Source: Octopus bimaculoides (lineage: Eukaryota). Taken from it: a stretch of 64,000 nt of DNA. The position numbers and the translations under genes were made by a program. The stretch covers positions 2,257,513 through 2,321,512 of the forward strand of contig NC_069007.1 of the NCBI RefSeq assembly GCF_001194135.2, read 5' to 3'. Below the pieces are notes generated by a model that made no database searches, was not told where the DNA came from, and saw only the letters and a list, made by a program, of their open reading frames with translations. Shown here piece after piece: positions 25,451 to 38,171 of this stretch (the first letter of the stretch is position 1; each line of letters starts with the position of its first letter).

Positions 25451-27101
25451 CTTAAGAGACCTACAGAAATAAAGTTCAGACATGTTCTCCATGCCTAAGG
25501 GTTCCATAAAAATACCAAATACGATCGGATCTTCATGGAAAGCTATTCATCTTTGATTGCGATATTTTGAGATAATGGTTCTGTTACCAACGGTTTATTA
25601 AGTTTGACGAATAATGTTCATCACGTTGCCATATTTTTCTCTTAAGGTCAATTATTCGTAACTGTGTCACAGTAAACGTAAAGTGTCTATCGTTGATCAT
25701 TTTGTGCGTATTTTGTTTTAGTTTTAAGTTGGTACTTTTATATCCATGTCTACTATTTGTATTCGATTAGTATTCAATCGTGTGTAGACTAATTTGATAC
25801 TATCTCTATTTATTAATCTTCTCATAAATATAAAAGCGTTTACAACAACCGTATATTATTAGAATATAGAACCTGATGTGTTTTAATTTTCGTGAGACAC
25901 ATAGGGACTACAGAAGGCACCGTTGTTTCATTGAATCAGCATATTCTTCTATTCGCACATATGACCAGCTTGAAACGGACGAACATCAAAAAGTGCAACC
26001 AGAATAGATCGGTGGCAGACTAGGAGTCTTCTTTGACGTCCTCGATAATACATCTGAGTATTCACGCCGGATTTTCTTGCATTTTGCAACATAATGGTAT
26101 TGGCTGCCTGATGTGGATTTACTCCGCAAAGCAGAAGGATACCATTCTTAACCGTTCTAAAACGACTATGCCTAGTTTGACACTGTAAAGTCAGCTTACT
26201 TGTAATGTCAGCAAATAACTTACTGAATTATTGTTATATACTGTGCTTGTGTTTCTACCACCCGTCGCATTATAAAGCTAAATAAAGCTTACAGGGCAAT
26301 CTCCCAAATGTTACCTCCTGCCGAACAAGAGCTGTTTCCTCCGAAAGGAATAGAGCACGTTCAAAGTACGTTTGGAAACCGAAAGACTAAACAGAGACCA
26401 TCAGCATTTCGTGGACTTCGTAAGATATAGAATATAAAACTTACAATGATAACACCAGAGAATATTTTAATATTGTCGACAGTGGTGTATTATAATCTAC
26501 ATACAAGCATACACACACACACACACACGAATACACACAAATATATATACATAAAATTGTAGACCCATTCATTCATGTATACAAGCAGAAAATATACGCA
26601 AATACACACGAAGTGATAATATGAAATGTGTTTTATTACACTCATTGTCTACTTGCGACTAAAAATAATGCCAATAGGCCTAGACATATTCTCAAATTCT
26701 TGTTCAAGTTTACAATTAACTTAGTTAACTATGAAAAAAAAGAAATATTTTCATTTACCTAAACATACCATTGATATATTATCTGACTTCGTTTATATTT
26801 TGTATTACTTTTTTATTTGGTGTTACGAAATTTTAGAGTCGTAAAATATTTTTTCCTTTAAGAATATCAGCAATATCCAGAAGAGAATAAAATGAAGTTT
26901 ACAACCTTTTTTTTCGTCACCTATTCATTTTCGTCACACAAACACACACACATACACACACATACGTATGTACGTGTGTATATACATATATATATACCTA
27001 GGTAGTATATATATATATGTGTGTGTATATATATGTATACACATAGGTAGTATATGTGTATATACATATTCATACATATCTATAAAAACGTCTATATAAT
27101 A

Positions 27102-27135
<34 letters not shown>

Positions 27136-27149
27136 CTAGACGTTTATAC

Positions 27150-27227
<78 letters not shown>

Positions 27228-27579
27228 GTATACGAGTATAAGTATAAACACACGCATATGTATGTGTGTAAGTTTGCTAGGATTACGAGATTGTTTTATT
27301 TACGCTTTACAAGTGTTTTTTCCTTTTTAGTTTTTAATTTTACATATATCATTATTTCACGAAGACAATATGATACTATCTTGCCTGCTTGCCTGCAAGT
27401 AATGGGGTGTGCAGTTATCTGTCTCTTTCTCTCTCTCTCATATTTGTATACATATATATAAATATATGTATATATATATTCATAAGTACGTGTGTTTTTA
27501 TATACATCAGTTATTTATAGATGTGTATTTACGCACATATAACACGTATGTTGTCTTGTTAACATATCTATAGCTATAT

Positions 27580-27584
27580 ATGTA

Positions 27585-27639
<55 letters not shown>

Positions 27640-27893
27640 ATATATATATATATGTACATACATACATATATACATACATGCATACACATATATATACATG
27701 CATACACACATATACATATATATATATACACATGCATACACACATACATATATATATACACATGCATACACACATATATATATATACACATGCATACACA
27801 TATATACACATGCATACACATATATATACACATGCATACACATATATATATACACATGCATACACATATATATACACATGCATACACACATAT
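27580..27893. repeat. Compound (TA)/(CA) minisatellite, unit about CATATATATACACATGCATACA, running into a large N gap (27894-28680)
   Basis: Repeated TACACATGCATACACA cores separated by variable (TA)n. Confidence 0.85.
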
Positions 27894-29081
27894 NNNNNNN
27901 NNNNNNNNNNNNNNNNNNNNNNNNNNNNNNNNNNNNNNNNNNNNNNNNNNNNNNNNNNNNNNNNNNNNNNNNNNNNNNNNNNNNNNNNNNNNNNNNNNNN
28001 NNNNNNNNNNNNNNNNNNNNNNNNNNNNNNNNNNNNNNNNNNNNNNNNNNNNNNNNNNNNNNNNNNNNNNNNNNNNNNNNNNNNNNNNNNNNNNNNNNNN
28101 NNNNNNNNNNNNNNNNNNNNNNNNNNNNNNNNNNNNNNNNNNNNNNNNNNNNNNNNNNNNNNNNNNNNNNNNNNNNNNNNNNNNNNNNNNNNNNNNNNNN
28201 NNNNNNNNNNNNNNNNNNNNNNNNNNNNNNNNNNNNNNNNNNNNNNNNNNNNNNNNNNNNNNNNNNNNNNNNNNNNNNNNNNNNNNNNNNNNNNNNNNNN
28301 NNNNNNNNNNNNNNNNNNNNNNNNNNNNNNNNNNNNNNNNNNNNNNNNNNNNNNNNNNNNNNNNNNNNNNNNNNNNNNNNNNNNNNNNNNNNNNNNNNNN
28401 NNNNNNNNNNNNNNNNNNNNNNNNNNNNNNNNNNNNNNNNNNNNNNNNNNNNNNNNNNNNNNNNNNNNNNNNNNNNNNNNNNNNNNNNNNNNNNNNNNNN
28501 NNNNNNNNNNNNNNNNNNNNNNNNNNNNNNNNNNNNNNNNNNNNNNNNNNNNNNNNNNNNNNNNNNNNNNNNNNNNNNNNNNNNNNNNNNNNNNNNNNNN
28601 NNNNNNNNNNNNNNNNNNNNNNNNNNNNNNNNNNNNNNNNNNNNNNNNNNNNNNNNNNNNNNNNNNNNNNNNNNNNNNNNGTTTCTATTTTTATTACCGT
28701 TCTAGTTTTTTATATAAGTTTCTTTGTAGACTTTATTGTTTTATATTTACACAATGATGAAAACTTGTTGTTTTCGTAGCGTTCTTATTCAACATTTACG
28801 TTGTGCTATCAATCTACAAAAAAAAAAATACAGAGGAAAAAAACCACGTTCTGTAATCTGCTAAGCACTGCCATCGTACTGCGAAATATTATCTGGTAAA
28901 TTTCAATATAAAGCAAAAATACCTGAGTTGATGTTTTAAACTATGCGACTGTGTCAAATTTTAAGAAATATTAAAATACAGTAATCTGCATGCATCGCAT
29001 TTTCCTGTCTATATTTCGGGGTTTGAAGACGAAAATTTATATTTTGTTCAGCTTGTACACCTAAACGATATTTATATATTT

Positions 29082-29280
29082 ATTGCCCACAGAGGGCTAA
29101 ACGTAGAGGAAACACACAAGAACAGAGAAAGAATTTAAGTCGATTACCCCAGTGAATAACTGGTACTTATTTTATCGACTCCGAAAGGATGAAATGCAAT
29201 GTTGACCTCGGTGGATTTTGAACTCAGAAAGTAGTGGCAGACTAAATACTGCGAAGCATTTCACCCGGCGTGCTAACGAT
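29082..29280 (-). mobile_element. Family A SINE (long-tail variant)
   Basis: ATTGCCCACAGAGGGCTAAAC...CTGGTACTTATTTTATCGACTCCGAAAGGATGAAATGC...GAACTCAG...CCGGCGTGCTAACGATTC. Confidence 0.88.
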
Positions 29281-29289
29281 TCTCATTTC

Positions 29290-29432
29290 TCTATTGCCCA
29301 CAAGGGGCTAAACAAAGAGGGGACAAACAAGGACTGACAAAGGGATTAAGTCGATTACATCGACCTAACGGCAGACGAAATACCGCTAAGCATTTCGCCC
29401 GGCGTGCTAACGTTTCTGCCACCTCGTCGCCT
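29290..29432 (-). mobile_element. Family A SINE (long-tail variant), central deletion
   Basis: ATTGCCCACAAGGGGCTAAAC...GTCGATTACATCGACC is joined directly to TAACGGCAGACGAAATACCGCTAAGCATTTCGCCCGGCGTGCTAACG. Confidence 0.88.
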
Positions 29433-29454
29433 TCTGAGAATATTAATAATTATT

Positions 29455-30228
29455 TATACTCCAGGCAGAAAGCTTTGAAAATTTGGGGGGAAGGAGACTA
29501 GTCGATTATATCGACCCCAGTGCATAACTGGTACTTAGGATCTATTTTAAAACGGGGGCCACATTTTTCATTAATGTTTTACGTAGTGTTTTTGGTACCG
29601 AAAGACTTTCAAACTTCGTATACTTATCTATTTTGTGTTATAGAACAGAAAAATATTTTTGTATTCGAATTTATTTCATGTAAAAAATTGTCTTATTTCG
29701 ATAATTTCAACCAATCACTGACAAGTATTCAGTTGTTTACATTTACTCCTTTGGCTGATTAAGCGATGTAAAGCGTATTTAATCTCCATACCTTCGTTTT
29801 ATTTGCTATTTTCATTTTAAATTTGCTTTAACCCTAACCCTAGGTTTAGGGTTAATTGTTTCAGAATCGTTTGTTTATGTAGTCGGCACTTAATGTATAT
29901 CGGCTGAATGGACGTCAGTGACTGGTTGAAATTACAGAAATACGACAACTTTAACATGGAATAACTTATGGATTTCTTTTTTTTAAAGAAGACTAAGAGA
30001 AAAAGATGTTTTATATGACACATTCTACCAGTGTTCCAAGTTTCAAAGTGTTTCGTTAATGAAAAATGTGGCCCCCGTTTTAAAAAAGATCCGGTACTTA
30101 TTTTATCGACCCAAAAGGATGAAAAGTAAAGTCGACCTCGCCGGGATTTTGAACTCATTAAGTAATGGCAGATAAAATTCCTCCAAGCATTTGAACCGGC
30201 GTGCTGACGATTCTGCGAGCTCATCACC
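29455..30228 (-). mobile_element. Family A SINE interrupted by a MITE
   Basis: The 3' part (29455-29537) and 5' part (30093-30228) rejoin seamlessly at CTGGTACTTA when the insert is removed. Confidence 0.85.
29538..30092. mobile_element. 555-bp non-autonomous DNA transposon (MITE); GG termini and 8-bp TSD, Merlin-like (tentative)
   Basis: TIRs GGATCT(A/T)TTTTAAAACGGGGGCCACATTTTTCATTAA at both ends. TSD GGTACTTA at 29530-29537 and 30093-30100. Further internal inverted similarity between about 29690-29750 and 29890-29950. Confidence 0.9.
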
Positions 30229-31609
30229 CTACACCTAAAACGATATTGCGTTACTTATCTCATGTTACATACAACTGGAGTTGGAAATATAACGACAAAA
30301 TTTTGATATTCAAACTGCACAAGTCGGCAAATTGGCAGAATAGTTAGCCTCAGGAAGACAATTCCTGCAGAGAGCTAACGACGTTACCTTATGGGACCGC
30401 CATATTTAGTTGGCAAATATATTTTATGAGATATATATATATATATATATATGATTATCAGTTACAGAATAAAAGCATTACATTTGGGTCAACGACACAA
30501 TATACAAAGTCCCCTCAATAAACGGTCATATATAAGAAATACATCAAAGTCCACAAATACATAAGAAAATATATATAAAAAAATAGAATACAACATAAAA
30601 CACACAATATAAAAGTTTCTATGTTTTTTTTCTACTAATAACATACAAATAAATCAAATTTGAGTTAAAAATGTAACAAAATATATATATTTTTTTTTAT
30701 AATTCCAATTCGAATAAAATTCAGCGATTAAAAATTCAAAATAGACAAATAAAGCAAAATGGAATAAGATAAAATGAAGTAAAATAAAATACTATAATAG
30801 TTCATCGGCTAAAAACTATATCTGAGGACAAAACTTTAAAATGACAAAAAGCTTTAAAATAATTTAACATCATTTAAAGTTATATTAGAAAGTTCTGTAC
30901 TTACCTCAAGGTACACGTAATAACAGCAGACTTCCATAGGTAAAATCCGTTTCTGCCCACCCCACCAAACTTACAAAAGTTCTTAAAGACCACTGGTCAA
31001 AAAACATAGGTCAAAGCACCTATAGCCATTTCAAGGGTTCACTACCGTAGCCCATACACGTCATAGTGCAATCCGGTGATGACCCCCTCCTCAACGTAAC
31101 AATTACAAACAAGCATCAGGACATGAAAAAAAAAATTATTTTTTTGTCTATGACAGGCTTATATAGTCAATCGGGAAAAACTATTCCACGTCACGAATAA
31201 AAAAAAAAATTCAAATTGGCTGTAGTAACTAATGTAATCATCCAGGTTTCAAATCATCCTAACGCAGACAAATAATCTTATTTATTTTTCTATTTTTATT
31301 TTTATTTCTATATTCCTTCAAAAAAGTGGAGGAAAACCTATGATTGCAGAAGGGAATCACTTCAGTGAATTCATTTAAAGTTTTCGGCCCAAACAACCTA
31401 AGAATAGTGAGGGATTCCCTAATACACAATAGACATTTGCTAATATTTGCTCTAAAATAAGGGGCTCTCGATACAATCGACCCTTCAAGAGAGTATTTCT
31501 TATTTTTCTTCTTAAGGTCGTGTACATGGAATGCGAGAGTTGTGGAGTTGCAATACTTTTCATTTGAAAATGAACTCAAATGGGCTCTATATCTTGCTTT
31601 GAAATCTAT

Positions 31610-31690
31610 CGTACTTCCTTTGATCGACTAAGAATACCCTTCAAGGGGGTGCTCCATCGTGGCCACGGACAAATGACTGAAGCAAGTAAA
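31610..31690 (+). mobile_element. Family B SINE 3' terminus
   Basis: GATCGACTAAG...GGGGTGCTCCATCGTGGCCACGGACAAATGACTGAAGCAAGTAAAGA. Confidence 0.65.
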
Positions 31691-32071
31691 GAAATATGCT
31701 TAGATAGATAGATAGATAGATAGATAAATAAACAGACAGACAGGTAGGTCGGTAGGTAGGTAGGTAGGTAAATTGATAGATAAATTTCTTTATTAGCCAC
31801 ACAGGGCCGAACAGAGAGGGGACAGAATACAATGTAGAGCTCTTCTTTTCGAAAATAGAAAAAAATAAGGAGAAAAATAAAATTCCGATCAAAAGGGAAC
31901 GTGAGATTAAAAACTATCAAAAGGGATCGTGTATCACAGAAGAACTTTAAAAGTGTAAAAAGCAAGATTAGGTTTATCTGTGAAAAGAAAAGCCTACGGA
32001 AAAGGCAACGGTAACCTCAGGCAGAGAGGGAATAAACACATGAGAATAGATAGATAGATAGAGAGAGAAAG

Positions 32072-32104
<33 letters not shown>

Positions 32105-32260
32105 GAGAGTCAGATAGATAGATAGATAGATAGATAGATATAAATTTCCGTTGCTAATAGACGTTAGGCTGCAGTCATATTAGAACAGCAGCTCAAAGAT
32201 TTGCAATCGATCATACAGACCCAATCACATATTTTTTTTTGTGAAGTCTTTTATTTTAGC

Positions 32261-32317
<57 letters not shown>

Positions 32318-32709
32318 NNNNNNNNNNNNNNNNNNNNNNNNNNNNNNNNNNNNNNNNNNNNNNNNNNNNNNNNNNNNNNNNNNNNNNNNNNNNNNNNNNN
32401 NNNNNNNNNNNNNNNNNNNNNNNNNNNNNNNNNNNNNNNNNNNNNNNNNNNNNNNNNNNNNNNNNNNNNNNNNNNNNNNNNNNNNNNNNNNNNNNNNNNN
32501 NNNNNNNNNNNNNNNNNNNNNNNNNNNNNNNNNNNNNNNNNNNNNNNNNNNNNNNNNNNNNNNNNNNNNNNNNNNNNNNNNNNNNNNNNNNNNNNNNNNN
32601 NNNNNNNNNNNNNNNNNNNNNNNNNNNNNNNNNNNNNNNNNNNNNNNNNNNNNNNNNNNNNNNNNNNNNNNNNNNNNNNNNNNNNNNGGGAAACAATTCG
32701 TTTGTTTTA

Positions 32710-32830
32710 GAGGAATCAATCAACAGATCTGCATATCGGACACCACTCCGTCTAAGGGGTCATCTTGTTAGGATGGGCACTTTTTCGAGGCCATCCACGT
32801 GGAATTTCTCACGTTCCTGCTGAATCCACT
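32710..32830 (+). mobile_element. Possible small RTE LINE relic
   Basis: Translation ...TPLRLRGHLVRMGTFSRPS resembles the RTE QLRWxGHLVRM motif. The match is short and next to an N gap. Confidence 0.35.
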
Positions 32831-32885
32831 GTGCAGTATTCGATTCCATGTCCATTTGGAGATCAGAAAAATATCTGTCTGCATT

Positions 32886-32934
<49 letters not shown>

Positions 32935-33689
32935 ATCTATCTATCTCTATTTATCTATTGCTGTATATGTGTGTATGTGCGTGTGTGTGCATGTGTACGT
33001 ATGTATGCATGTATGTAGCAGAATATACAGGTCGATAGATTTCATATGTAAATTGTGGTGGGAGAAAGAGAAAGATAAAATGGAAGTGGAAAATAAAAAT
33101 ACGATGAAGTCTTGCACGAATAGGAATGTTTCTCTCCTCAGCCATTTTTACCTCGTCCTTCACGCAATTTCTCTCCCCGTGGCTTCCGAATAGTTGAAAG
33201 CTCTCTGGGGTGGTTGAACGACTGGGATTGCTGGACAATTATCTTGATCGATAACTGGATCTGTGCTGAACCGAAAAGCAAGAACACTCCGACGTAAGTC
33301 GATAGTCCACAAGTCATCAATCCACAGATTTTACAGATGTGAATGCAGTGCGGTTTTGTTGAATCATTTCCATTTCAAACACACCTGACCGATGGAAATT
33401 CCGTATCTGTGGACTTTGTCTCAAACAGAATGGCCCGTCAGTAGCACTGAAGGGATAGGATTTCAAGAAACTATATATGTTTTTCTCAGGCCGGAAACCT
33501 TTCCTGAACAGACCAGGAAATTCATTTTCCTCGACCCTTAGGGCCTCCCCTAGCATGCCATAGAAATTACTCTTCACAACAGAACCCAATTTATGACAAT
33601 ACAGCCTGAAGAAACATGTGGAAATTATTCTCATTTCCAGTACCTTCATTGCAACGTGTTCCCTAAACGCTTCTTCTAACTTGTTAACA

Positions 33690-33870
33690 AGCGCGCCCTC
33701 CTGTCTATGCTTCTCTATCACAAGGATTTCACAAGATCTAAACGCTTAAACGCCTTCTTATTTCGCCCAATCTGCGGTGGTTATCGATTGTCCCCGGCAA
33801 CTGCCGCGTAGTTAGCTGTCTGCCGCGTAACCTCCGATTAATGTCCTGAAGCCGCCTCCCCTTTCGTGGC
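33690..33870. promoter_or_regulatory. CpG-rich promoter-like segment
   Basis: Visibly CpG-rich relative to the window. Contains CCAAT (about 33767), GC-box-like GCCGCCTCCCC (about 33851), GCGCGC (about 33691) and CTGCCGCGTA twice. No repeat family recognised. Confidence 0.3.
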
Positions 33871-33959
33871 TCCTTTCGAAGTCGAGAAGTTACAATCTTG
33901 TGCTCTGTCTAAATTGTGGATACACTTCCTAAACTTTATAAACTAACCTGGAGAACAAT

Positions 33960-34565
33960 CTAGGTTAAGTGGCGATGAGAAGAAAGATGGAGGCGTCAAC
34001 GTGGATGATTATAATGTCGATGATGATGATTAGGTGGTTGATTACGAATTTAGCGAAGATTGTGATGATGATAGAGACGACGATGATGATGATGATGATG
34101 ATGATAATGATGATGATGACGACGACTACGACTACAACGATGATGATGATGACGAAGATGATGATGATGATGATGACGATGGCGCTGATGATTATGAGTG
34201 ATGATGTCGATAACGATGATGATGGTGATGGTGGTGGTGGTGATGGTGGTTGGTTTTGATGGTGGTGACGATGTTAAAGACGACGAAGACGATGATGATG
34301 ACGGTGATGATGATTATTATTTTGATAACGGTTGCAGTAATAGTAGTGGTGGGGGTTCGTGGGTGGTGATGATGACGATGATAATCATATGAATAGCACA
34401 AAAAATACCAATTCCTTTACTAATACAGTCGAAAGAAAAAAGAAAATAGAAGCCAATAAAAATTTGGCTCATTGCGGAATGTCATTCTATTACCGCTTTC
34501 ACTGTTGTTATTAAATGCATACAGTTTTGCCTTGCTCCATTTATCATTATTATTTTTATTATTAC

Positions 34566-34605
<40 letters not shown>

Positions 34606-34761
34606 GATATTATTATCATCATCATCGTCATCATTATTAGGCTTTTTAATGTTATTTTTATATCGCTAGCTTTTTAATCTTCTGCTCTCTCACCGCGGTA
34701 TATTTGGCGTAAAAGTGTAGAAAAGAAAAAAAAAAAAGAATTAATAATAATAATAATGATG

Positions 34762-34827
<66 letters not shown>

Positions 34828-34860
34828 GTAATAATAATAATAATAGTAAAAGCAACAACA
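33960..34860. repeat. Trinucleotide low-complexity block (GAT/GAC/GGT, then TTA and AAT runs)
   Basis: Long (GAT)n, (TTA)n and (AAT)n arrays. Confidence 0.9.
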
Positions 34861-35899
34861 ACAATAACTTCAACTACAAACACACAACACCAAGCAACGA
34901 ATATAAGAAAGCTAGGAATATGAACGGCAGTATTAAGTTCTTTGAAATGGCTTATTTTCTTCCAAAACAATCCCCCCTTCATTCCGCTTTTGTATTCGCA
35001 ACGCGGGGGTCATATCAGGAATGAGGTTTGTTTCCCCTGTTTATTTCACTTATTCTCAACACTTTTCATTCCCTACCTATGCACCCCCACCCATGGTCTT
35101 TCTACAACGCCATTTCTTTTTCTCTCTCTTTTTCTTTCTTTCTATTACTCTCTTTCTCGCTTTCTCTACGTTTCTTTCTCCTATTTCTCTTTATCTCTCT
35201 CTGTATCTCTGTTTATTTTCCACGCAATTGTCCATTTCCAGCACACTGATTTCATTGATAAAAGAAACTCTAGCTAGTTTCATTCTGCACCAGCAGCACC
35301 GAGCATTCAATATTTCTCTGTTTGTATATGTATGGATGTGTGTGTATTTCTCCATGAATGGGTGCATAAGTGTGTCTCGGTTTCCTATGCGTAAACCGTA
35401 CACATTTATACACCCACACTCATGAAGCATACATGCCCACACACGCCTATATTCATATACATATAAACATATATGTGTGTGTTTGTCTACATACAAATGC
35501 ATATATATAATTGTATATATATATATATATATANNNNNNNNNNNNNNNNNNNNNNNNNNNNNNNNNNNNNNNNNNNNNNNNNNNNNNNNNNNNNNNNNNN
35601 NNNNNNNNNNNNNNNNNNNNNNNNNNNNNNNNNTATGCTACCAATTCTAGTCTTAGGTATTCCTCGTGTGTGAAAATAAAAAGAAACCATGGATGTTGTA
35701 GCATAGAAATCTAGATTTACTTACGGAGACTGCAACTGAGTATTGCCTGAGGAGATGCATTTAGATCTTCTTATACCGGTAAATCGTTACATAATCTAAT
35801 TTAAACTTGACAGTGAGCAAATGAGCAAGATTTAAAAGCCGTTGAACGAGTTAAAAATATACCTGGATCATGATTTCGAATTCTGGCCTCAACTCTCAT

Positions 35900-35990
35900 C
35901 TGCAGGTCTTGTGGATAGAATAGAAGAGACTTACCCAAGGTGTTACGTAGTGGAATTGAACCCGGATGCATGTGGTTGGGAAGCAAGCTT

Positions 35991-35995
<5 letters not shown>
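35900..35995 (-). mobile_element. Family B SINE head (tRNA plus CORE-like)
   Basis: AGAAGAGACTTACCCAAGGTGTTACGTAGTGGAATTGAACCCGGATGCATGTGGTTGGGAAGCAAGC. Confidence 0.8.
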
Positions 35996-36036
<41 letters not shown>

Positions 36037-36715
36037 AAATGTATTATATTCATATATAGATCACTAAAATGCGGCACGAAACCGATTTGGAGTGAAAATG
36101 TATGTTCCACATCGCACTCAAGTATCCAGTGTAGAAAGATTCTGGACATCAATCTTGGGATTGGCTAGTGTTCGGAACATGAGCTAAATAATCGAAAAGC
36201 ATAATAATATGCAGAAAAGTTCTTTAAAGGACATACACGCGTTTCACTAAACTGTCGAAATAATTACATAGCATTAGTCGTAACATTATACAATCATGCA
36301 AAGCACCTCATTAGTGCTCTGCAATAAATGTTGTATATACAACATCGATGATTGTATATAATTACAATAATCGATCTTCCAGATATATATATACTTTTCC
36401 CTTTTATGCAAATAGCAAATAATCAACAGCCCTGAACATTACATGAAATAGCTGGCGACAGACCAAATATATGGAGGGAGTTCGAACAAAACTACACCAC
36501 TCTCAAAACCAAATATGAGCGAGGAGAAAGTGTGGAATAGAAAGTGGGAAGGAGAGAGACGGGGAGAAAAAGAAAGAAAGGAAAATACAAATACCATTAA
36601 CAACCATTAAAACCTTTACAACTTACTCGTCTTATTTTATGGTTTTACAATATATCCCCTTCTCTTCCTTTTTCTAATCCTCACGAACTTCCTCTCACTT
36701 TTTCCTTCTTGCTCT

Positions 36716-36746
<31 letters not shown>

Positions 36747-36999
36747 GCTCTGTATCTATCTATCTATTTATCGATCTCTTTGGTTGTTTTTTTTTTCTAT
36801 CAGCTAGGGTTTCGTAAAAAAACATAACACTAATTAAATAAAGATAAAGAAAATACAAGATCAGACGTCGAATAACGGTATTTTTTAAATAAGTGGATCA
36901 GATACCTTCCGGTATGTGTCTCCACTATTGGCCTTCTGCATTGTATAACCATCTTTATCCATGCGGATAACGAACACCTCGGAGATAAATAAATATAGC

Positions 37000-37283
37000 T
37001 CAGATGGCAGACAGAAATTCATTTCTGTTGTATCAATAGAAAACAGAAGCAGGCAAATCCTGCGCATATCGTGATAGCATCTCTGACAGAACTAAAAGCT
37101 TTTATTGGTTTCCGTTATTTTACCGAAAGTAATATACGTGGTGGTCTTCAATTCCATAAACGAATAAATGGACAATCATTCTGGCAAATATATACTTCAT
37201 ATTATGACCCGCAAGTGGATGAAAGGCGGATTTCATTTCAGTGGATTTTGAAAGCAAGATGGAAAGGAAAGTTATTAAAGTAA
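37000..37283 (+). mobile_element. Possible piggyBac-like transposase relic
   Basis: Open frame ...INRKQKQANPAHIVIASLTELKAFIGFRYF... resembles the piggyBac N-terminal TxxELKAFIGL motif. The rest does not align convincingly. Confidence 0.3.
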
Positions 37284-37397
37284 GCGTTTAGTCTGACAAT
37301 TTACAGATTTTGTCCATCAATATATTGCATGTTCCAGACATATGGAAACCCTCGAGTAGGAATCCATGAACCTGGTACGAGTAAATACGAGCACAGT

Positions 37398-37555
37398 CGT
37401 GGGTGTGTGGTAAGAAGCGTGCTTTCCAACCACACGGTTCCGGGTTCAGTACCACTGAGTGGCATCTTGTGCGAGTGTCTTCTACTATAGCATCGAAAAG
37501 ACCAATGCAATGTGAGTGGATTTTGTAGACGGAAAGTGACAGAAGCTTGCCGCAT
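37398..37555 (+). mobile_element. Family B SINE 5' half (tRNA head plus CORE-like box)
   Basis: GTGGGTGTGTGGTAAGAAGCGTGC...GGTTCCGGGTTCAGTACCACTG...ATCTTGTGCGAGTGTCTTCTACTATAG (compare CORE ACCTTGGGCAAGT)...GTAGACGGAAAGTGACAGAAGC, followed by microsatellite. Confidence 0.85.
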
Positions 37556-37564
37556 ACATGCATG

Positions 37565-37654
<90 letters not shown>

Positions 37655-38140
37655 NNNNNNNNNNNNNNNNNNNNNNNNNNNNNNNNNNNNNNNNNNNNNN
37701 NNNNNNNNNNNNNNNNNNNNNNNNNNNNNNNNNNNNNNNNNNNNNNNNNNNNNNNNNNNNNNNNNNNNNNNNNNNNNNNNNNNNNNNNNNNNNNNNNNNN
37801 NNNNNNNNNNNNNNNNNNNNNNNNNNNNNNNNNNNNNNNNNNNNNNNNNNNNNNNNNNNNNNNNNNNNNNNNNNNNNNNNNNNNNNNNNNNNNNNNNNNN
37901 NNNNNNNNNNNNNNNNNNNNNNNNNNNNNNNNNNNNNNNNNNNNNNNNNNNNNNNNNNNNNNNNNNNNNNNNNNNNNNNNNNNNNNNNNNNNNNNNNNNN
38001 NNNNNNNNNNNNNNNNNNNNNNNNNNNNNNNNNNNNNNNNNNNNNNNNNNNNNNNNNNNNNNNNNNNNNNNNNNNNNNNNNNNNNNNNNNNNNNNNNNNN
38101 NNNNNNNNNNNNNNNNNNNNNNNNNNNNNNNNNNNNNNNN

Positions 38141-38171
<31 letters not shown>

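Noticed and set aside
33317-33721. 134-aa ORF as an L1/Tx1 reverse transcriptase fragment
   Set aside because: Faint resemblance (GALVN..AF; GSVVK.N) but the conserved DxxKAFD and QGxPLSP motifs are absent; left unassigned.
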